64,000 nucleotides of DNA from an uncultured bacterium (GTDB lineage: Bacteria > Acidobacteriota > Thermoanaerobaculia > Multivoradales > JAHZIX01), in assembly GCA_965368975.1 (NCBI GenBank), contig CBDUPA010000008.1:200416-264415 (forward strand), given 5' to 3'. A program made the translations under genes and the position numbers. Under the pieces are notes generated by a model. The model worked only from the letters and a program-made list of their open reading frames with translations. It did no database searches and was not told the DNA's origin. Below, piece by piece: positions 61,001 through 64,000 of this stretch (within the stretch, counting starts at the first letter, position 1; every line of letters starts with the position of its first letter).

Positions 61001-64000
61001 GGTCGCGGTCCGGCGCTAGCTCTTCGACCAGCTTCTCGAACGGCAGGTCCTGGTGTGCGAAGGCTCCGAGCGTGGTTTCGCGTATCTGCCCCAGCAGCTG
61101 CTCGAAGTCTGGTGCCGGCCGCAGCTGACAGCGCAGGGCCAGGGTGTTGATGAAGAAGCCGATCAGGTTTTCCAGCTCCGTGTGCTGGCGGCCGGCGACA
61201 GGGCAACCGATCAGCAGGTCGCGCTGGCCGCAGTGGCGCCCGAGCAGCACCGCGAAGCCGGCGAGCAGGGCCATGAACAGGCTGGCGCCGTGCTCGTGGG
61301 CGAGCGCTTCGAGGCGCGGTGCGAGGCCGGACGGCAGCTCGAAACCCAGCTGCGCGCCGCGCGCTCCCGGGACCGGAGGCCGTGGCCGGTCGGTGGGCAA
61401 TTCGAGGCGCGGTGTCGAGCCGTTGTCGTCGGTCAGCTGCGGCCGCCACCAGTCGAGTTGCGCTTGTAGGGCCTCGCCGCGCAGCCAGCGCTGCTGCCAG
61501 AGAGCGAAGTCAGCGTACTGGATTTCCAGGTCCGGCAGCGAGTCGCGGAACACTCCGCCACGGTAGAAGGCGTCGACATCGCGTGCCAGCACGCCGAGGG
61601 ACCAGCCGTCGGTGGCAATGTGGTGTTGGCTGAGCAGCAGGGTATGGTGCTGGCGATCGAGGCGCAGCAGGGTGGTGCGCAGCGGCAGTTCGGTTTCCAG
61701 GTGCAGGGGCCGCGACGCCTCGCGGCCGGCCAGGCGGATCGCCTCGGAGCGGCCGAGCACGCGGCCCAGGCGGCTGAGGTCGACACACGGTAGGGGCCAG
61801 CGTCGGGGCGGAGGCAGGATCTGCTGCCGCGGCTCGCCGTCTTCGGTGTTTGCTGTGGTGGCCGGGGGGACGCTGCCGTCCTGGGGCTGCGCAGCCACCG
61901 GGAATACCGTGCGCAGCGACTCGTGACGCATCACCAGGTCCCGTAGCGCCGCCGCCAGCCGACCTGGCTGCAAGGCTCCGACGAGTTCCCAGGCCACGGG
62001 CACCAGGTAGAAGCTGGTGTTGGGTGTCAGGCGCTCGAGGAACCACAGCCGGCGCTGGGCGAACGACAGCGGGATCGCTGCTTGCTGAGCCTCGGGAAAC
62101 TGCTGGGAGCGCGGGGTCAGCGGCGGTCGAAGGGCCCGACTTCCGGCGGCAACGCGCGGTGCCAGTTGACCGATGGTCGGTGCATCGAAGAGAGCGCGCA
62201 ACGGCAACTCGACGTTGAACGTCTCGCGGATGCGCGCGGTGACTTGCGTTGCCAGCAGGGAGTGACCACCGAGTTCGAAGAAATTGGCGTCGACGCTGAC
62301 CCGTTGCGGTTCCACCTGCAGAGCCTGGCCCCAGATTTCCGCCAGCCGCTGCTCGACCTCGGTGCAGGGCGCCTGGTAGTGCCGGCGCTGCAGGTCGCTG
62401 AGCTGACTTCCACCGGCGTCCGGGTGGCGCTGCAGGCGTTCGCGATCGATCTTGCCGTTGGCGGTCAGGGGCAGGGCGTCGAGGACCAGGTACGAGGCGG
62501 GCACCATGTAGTAGGGCAGGGTCTCGCGCAGGAAAGCCTGCAGTTCCTCGATCGCCGGTTGCGCGGCGGCGTCGGAGGCCAGCACCAGGTAGGCGATCAG
62601 GCGTTCATCGTGCTTCGGGCTGGCCGTGGGGCTGGATCCAGTGCCGGCGCTCCGCTGCACCAGGACGATGCTCTCGGCGATCGCCGGATGTGCCGTCAGA
62701 CGAGCCTCGATTTCACCCAGCTCGATGCGGAAGCCGCGCAGCTGGACTTGGTGGTCGATGCGGCCCAGGTACTCGAGATCGCCATCGCGGTCGCGGCGCA
62801 CCAGGTCGCCGGAGCGGTAGAGGCGGCCGCCCGCGGGCGCTGCGCCGAAGGCGTCGGGGACGAAACGGCTGGCGGTGAGGGCAGGGCGCCCGAGGTAGCC
62901 GCGAGAGACGCTCGGCCCGCCGACCAACAGTTCACCGGCGATACTGACCGGCACGGGTTGCAGCCGTGCATCGGTCACGAACTGCGCGACGTCGACCATC
63001 GGCCAGCCGAGTCGACCGATACCGCCGGCGCGGATCTCGCGCGCGTTCAGCGGCCGGCGCGTCAGGTATACCGTGGTTTCGGTGATGCCGTAGATGTTGT
63101 AGAGGCGCGGCGCACGGTCACCGTGACGGGTGATCCAGGGCTCGAGCGTGTGCAAGTCGAGGGCTTCGCCGCCGACCATGATGTGGCGCAGCGGTGTGCG
63201 ACCGCGGGCCCGGCCACCTACGTCCCGCAGGGTGAGGTCACGCCGAGCCAGATCTCGCTGACAGTCAGGCTGGCTCGGTGTCTCCAGAGCGATCCTGGCC
63301 TCGGCCGGGATCAGCTGGCGGAAGGCCGATGGCGTCTGGTTGATCACCGTGATGCGCTGGTCCCGGATCAGCCGGTAGAACGCTTCGGGCGAGCGGCTGA
63401 AAGCATGTGGCACGATCACCGCCCGGCCGCCGAAGGCGAGCGCGCCCCACATCTCCCAGACGGTGAAGTCGAAGGCGAAGGAGTGGAAGACGCTCCAGGC
63501 ATCGTCGGTGGAGAAGTCGAACCACTCCTCGACCGCGCGCAGCATGCGTGTGACGTGTCGATGCTCGATCAGCACGCCCTTGGGGCTGCCGGTGGAGCCC
63601 GAGGTGTAGATCAGGTACGCGAGGTTGGCAGGGTCGGCTGGTGGTGCGGAGTCGATGGGCCTAGACGGGGCGGCCGGCAGCTGCGCCGATCCATTCAGCA
63701 CCGCCTCGACGCCCGGACCGTCGAGGCACAGAATCTCCACGTCGCTGGGCGGTTGCAGCTCGCCGGCGAGCGGACTCTCGGTGAGCAGGAAGCGGACACC
63801 GGCGTCGCGGATCAGCGCTTCCAGCCGGCGCCGCGGGTGCGTCGGGTCGAGCGGCAGGTAGGCGCCACCGGCGTGCAGCACGCCGAGCTCAGCCACCGGC
63901 ACCGCCAGGCCTCGCTCGGCGTAGATGGCGACGCGCACTTCGGGGCCGACGCCACGCTGCCGCAGCAGAGCACCGAGACGCCGGGCACGGCGGTAGAGCT
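55074..64000 (-). CDS. NRPS, 5'-truncated by the window end: ...A-T, C-A-T, C-A(Lys2-like)-T, C-dock
   Basis: Frame stays open to the window end (ELYRRARRLGALLRQRGVGPEVRV); three A3 motifs, two HHxxxDG motifs, three GGHSL motifs; tail LLAEIENLSDDEVDARL. Confidence 0.97.
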   Translation of the reverse strand, partial: LYRRARRLGALLRQRGVGPEVRVAIYAERGLAVPVAELGVLHAGGAYLPLDPTHPRRRLEALIRDAGVRFLLTESPLAGELQPPSDVEILCLDGPGVEAVLNGSAQLPAAPSRPIDSAPPADPANLAYLIYTSGSTGSPKGVLIEHRHVTRMLRAVEEWFDFSTDDAWSVFHSFAFDFTVWEMWGALAFGGRAVIVPHAFSRSPEAFYRLIRDQRITVINQTPSAFRQLIPAEARIALETPSQPDCQRDLARRDLTLRDVGGRARGRTPLRHIMVGGEALDLHTLEPWITRHGDRAPRLYNIYGITETTVYLTRRPLNAREIRAGGIGRLGWPMVDVAQFVTDARLQPVPVSIAGELLVGGPSVSRGYLGRPALTASRFVPDAFGAAPAGGRLYRSGDLVRRDRDGDLEYLGRIDHQVQLRGFRIELGEIEARLTAHPAIAESIVLVQRSAGTGSSPTASPKHDERLIAYLVLASDAAAQPAIEELQAFLRETLPYYMVPASYLVLDALPLTANGKIDRERLQRHPDAGGSQLSDLQRRHYQAPCTEVEQRLAEIWGQALQVEPQRVSVDANFFELGGHSLLATQVTARIRETFNVELPLRALFDAPTIGQLAPRVAAGSRALRPPLTPRSQQFPEAQQAAIPLSFAQRRLWFLERLTPNTSFYLVPVAWELVGALQPGRLAAALRDLVMRHESLRTVFPVAAQPQDGSVPPATTANTEDGEPRQQILPPPRRWPLPCVDLSRLGRVLGRSEAIRLAGREASRPLHLETELPLRTTLLRLDRQHHTLLLSQHHIATDGWSLGVLARDVDAFYRGGVFRDSLPDLEIQYADFALWQQRWLRGEALQAQLDWWRPQLTDDNGSTPRLELPTDRPRPPVPGARGAQLGFELPSGLAPRLEALAHEHGASLFMALLAGFAVLLGRHCGQRDLLIGCPVAGRQHTELENLIGFFINTLALRCQLRPAPDFEQLLGQIRETTLGAFAHQDLPFEKLVEELAPDRDLSRNPLFQVTFALQNTPQPGSRLGGMELRSLPVELHTTRFDLEVHVYQDAVPPDAGLGAKRGQPSDHRRDSTLHGAASYDPDLFDRTTIQRLLRAFGQLLQAAVDQPGRPVLDLLWLDAAERHQLLCEANDPLHHLAPRPSLHTRFRTVAAQRPDSLAAVYGRRHLSYGELRRRAANITRALRQRATEAGLQLAPDVPVGLCAHRGIDWLPALLGILGSGCAYLPLDPDYPPERLRLMVEDSRMPLAVAARAWLPALPEGPHLQLEQALATTSSPGSASTSASPEATPIEVPPHALAYVIYTSGSTGRPKGVAVPHQAVSRLVLGHQEGSAAPNYERFAPGLRIGQAANTSFDAATYELWGPLLLGGTVVGIRKEILLSPPQLARALRRLRLDSLFIVTAVFHRIADAVPDAFAGLGHLHWGGEAVDPRRVRRVLDAGPPQHLNHVYGPTENTTFTTWHPVTDATSFQPAGSMPATVPIGQPLVHTSVHVLDARFHLVPLGVPGELCTGGDGLARGYLHRPSLSAEKFIPDPFSAAAGSRLYRSGDLVRRRGDGAIEFVGRVDQQVKIRGFRVEPDEVATRLSEHPGVRQAAVIAWRPPTDSTPTDSTAEDADTDGGKGRDLRLVAYVTALAGTLLNTAELRAWLGERLPEYLVPSAFVFLDELPLTANGKIDQRALPQPEIEGTSRPADTGGVAPRDAVEEALVEIWAELLERPRSGPGRVRIHDDFFDLGGHSLLATQTISRLRQVFGVEVPLRRLFEGPTVSHLAGVVREALRGQAEQAATGESADSPLVPALIPASRAADHGSGEDESVLPLSFGQQRLWFLEQIDAAGEAYHMPAFCALRGQLQVPALAAAAGAVVHRHEVLRTAYQGRGDEAHQVVLPPPTRVVLPMVDLSDLDADRRETLLRQLSERDFRRRFPLAEKAPGTYGQLGPVMRATLLRVEPERHALLLAFHHIACDGWSLSVFYRELGALYRAATTAGARSMEAQTPGRLAATLPPLPVQYGDYAVWQRAWMDGPVLRGQLDYWLDQLRGAPTVLDLPADRPRPRSQAATEPTAGRAHLQLPLELQERLHQLGRKAGTTLFMTLLAAFQLLLGRLAGQQDVLIGSPIAGRTRREIEGLIGFFINSLVLRGDLRPEAAEQDEDTSTLDTSTLSHGSLSFERLLQRTRERVLGAYAHQEVPFEKLVEELNPERSLSHTPLFQVFFNLINLPPAPMELPGVTFEMLDFGDPVSKFDLNLYILESTDPASDGGGIHLHLHYSRARFDAARMDELLRQYQGLLEAMCAAPKRDVYSISLITAEARQLLPDPARSLPAEVAVEPAQAQVARSTGRVPERIALSYRRDCGPASGIHRPWFISYGSLSERSRALTQELLQRGVQPGQPVAVVARRGPALAEAVLGVLGASAVLVLLDAAYPATRLDALLRRVRPALRLDASRTRVRISGEPSGTARPPIEVASTGGETRHPAYIAFTSGSTGEPKAVLGEAAPLARFLRWQLDTFGLASAPDPGAPIRRGAAVSGIGHDPLLRDLFTSLSGGGTVCIPDADVHADPARLAAWLAEEAIDFLHLTPALGQLLATAPMRPLPCLDYAFFGGDVLTAGDVATLRRRAPRVHAVNFYGATETPQVQGWWPVPDDFGTGPGRGAAPLGRGIDAVATGLMTQLLVLAPSGQDSGQHSGQHWGQQCGIGEAGEIFVRGTQLAHGFLDDAEASAQRFPLHDGARLYRTGDLGRSLPDGNVEFLGRADRQLKVRGFRVEPAEIEAALAEHPAVQAAAVVPTSGQDGSELRLVAAVEAVPPPYEGMTIELDGDALRAWLGEQLPAYEVPAAVLQLERLPRTASGKLDRRELVQQVTSAGGASAPSVEPRNAVEQTLVDIWQRLLEREDVGVFSDFFDLGGHSLLAARLISAIRDEFALELPLRALFETPTLADLAARIVESTAQQLRTPSDSGDDLQDLLAEIENLSDDEVDARLTPQ

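Overview
High-GC bacterial DNA (roughly 70% GC by eye; gene content is compatible with a large-genome Acidobacteriota- or myxobacteria-like organism, which is inference only). 1-29 kb is mostly housekeeping and envelope genes: 5' end of guaA, a GAF/HK/REC hybrid kinase, gpsA, cinA, a REC-HD-GYP regulator, a duplicated secreted PA-domain zinc-peptidase locus with small partner proteins, an orphan degenerate HsdR-like helicase, a PspA-YbjN-J-domain-SpeE-DUF350-lipoprotein-DUF4178 operon, a patatin-like membrane lipase, an O-antigen-ligase-like protein, an S9 peptidase, a RimB-like protease plus an M14/ASPA peptidase with a probable rimK scar between them, and a Ser/Thr kinase. 29.4-64 kb is the 3' end of a large minus-strand NRPS cluster (three genes, 11 modules visible, no TE, R or E domain). 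The most striking signal is that all three NRPS subunits end in a homologous terminal module plus an acidic docking tail. One copy has an intact Lys2-like (DPRH-code) A domain. The other two have lost the whole A core and keep only C-Asub-T with a shared PPP(F/Y)xGM motif, which suggests in-trans or iterative loading of a possibly side-chain-linked residue at each subunit junction. All calls come from reading motifs by eye; no database searches were run.
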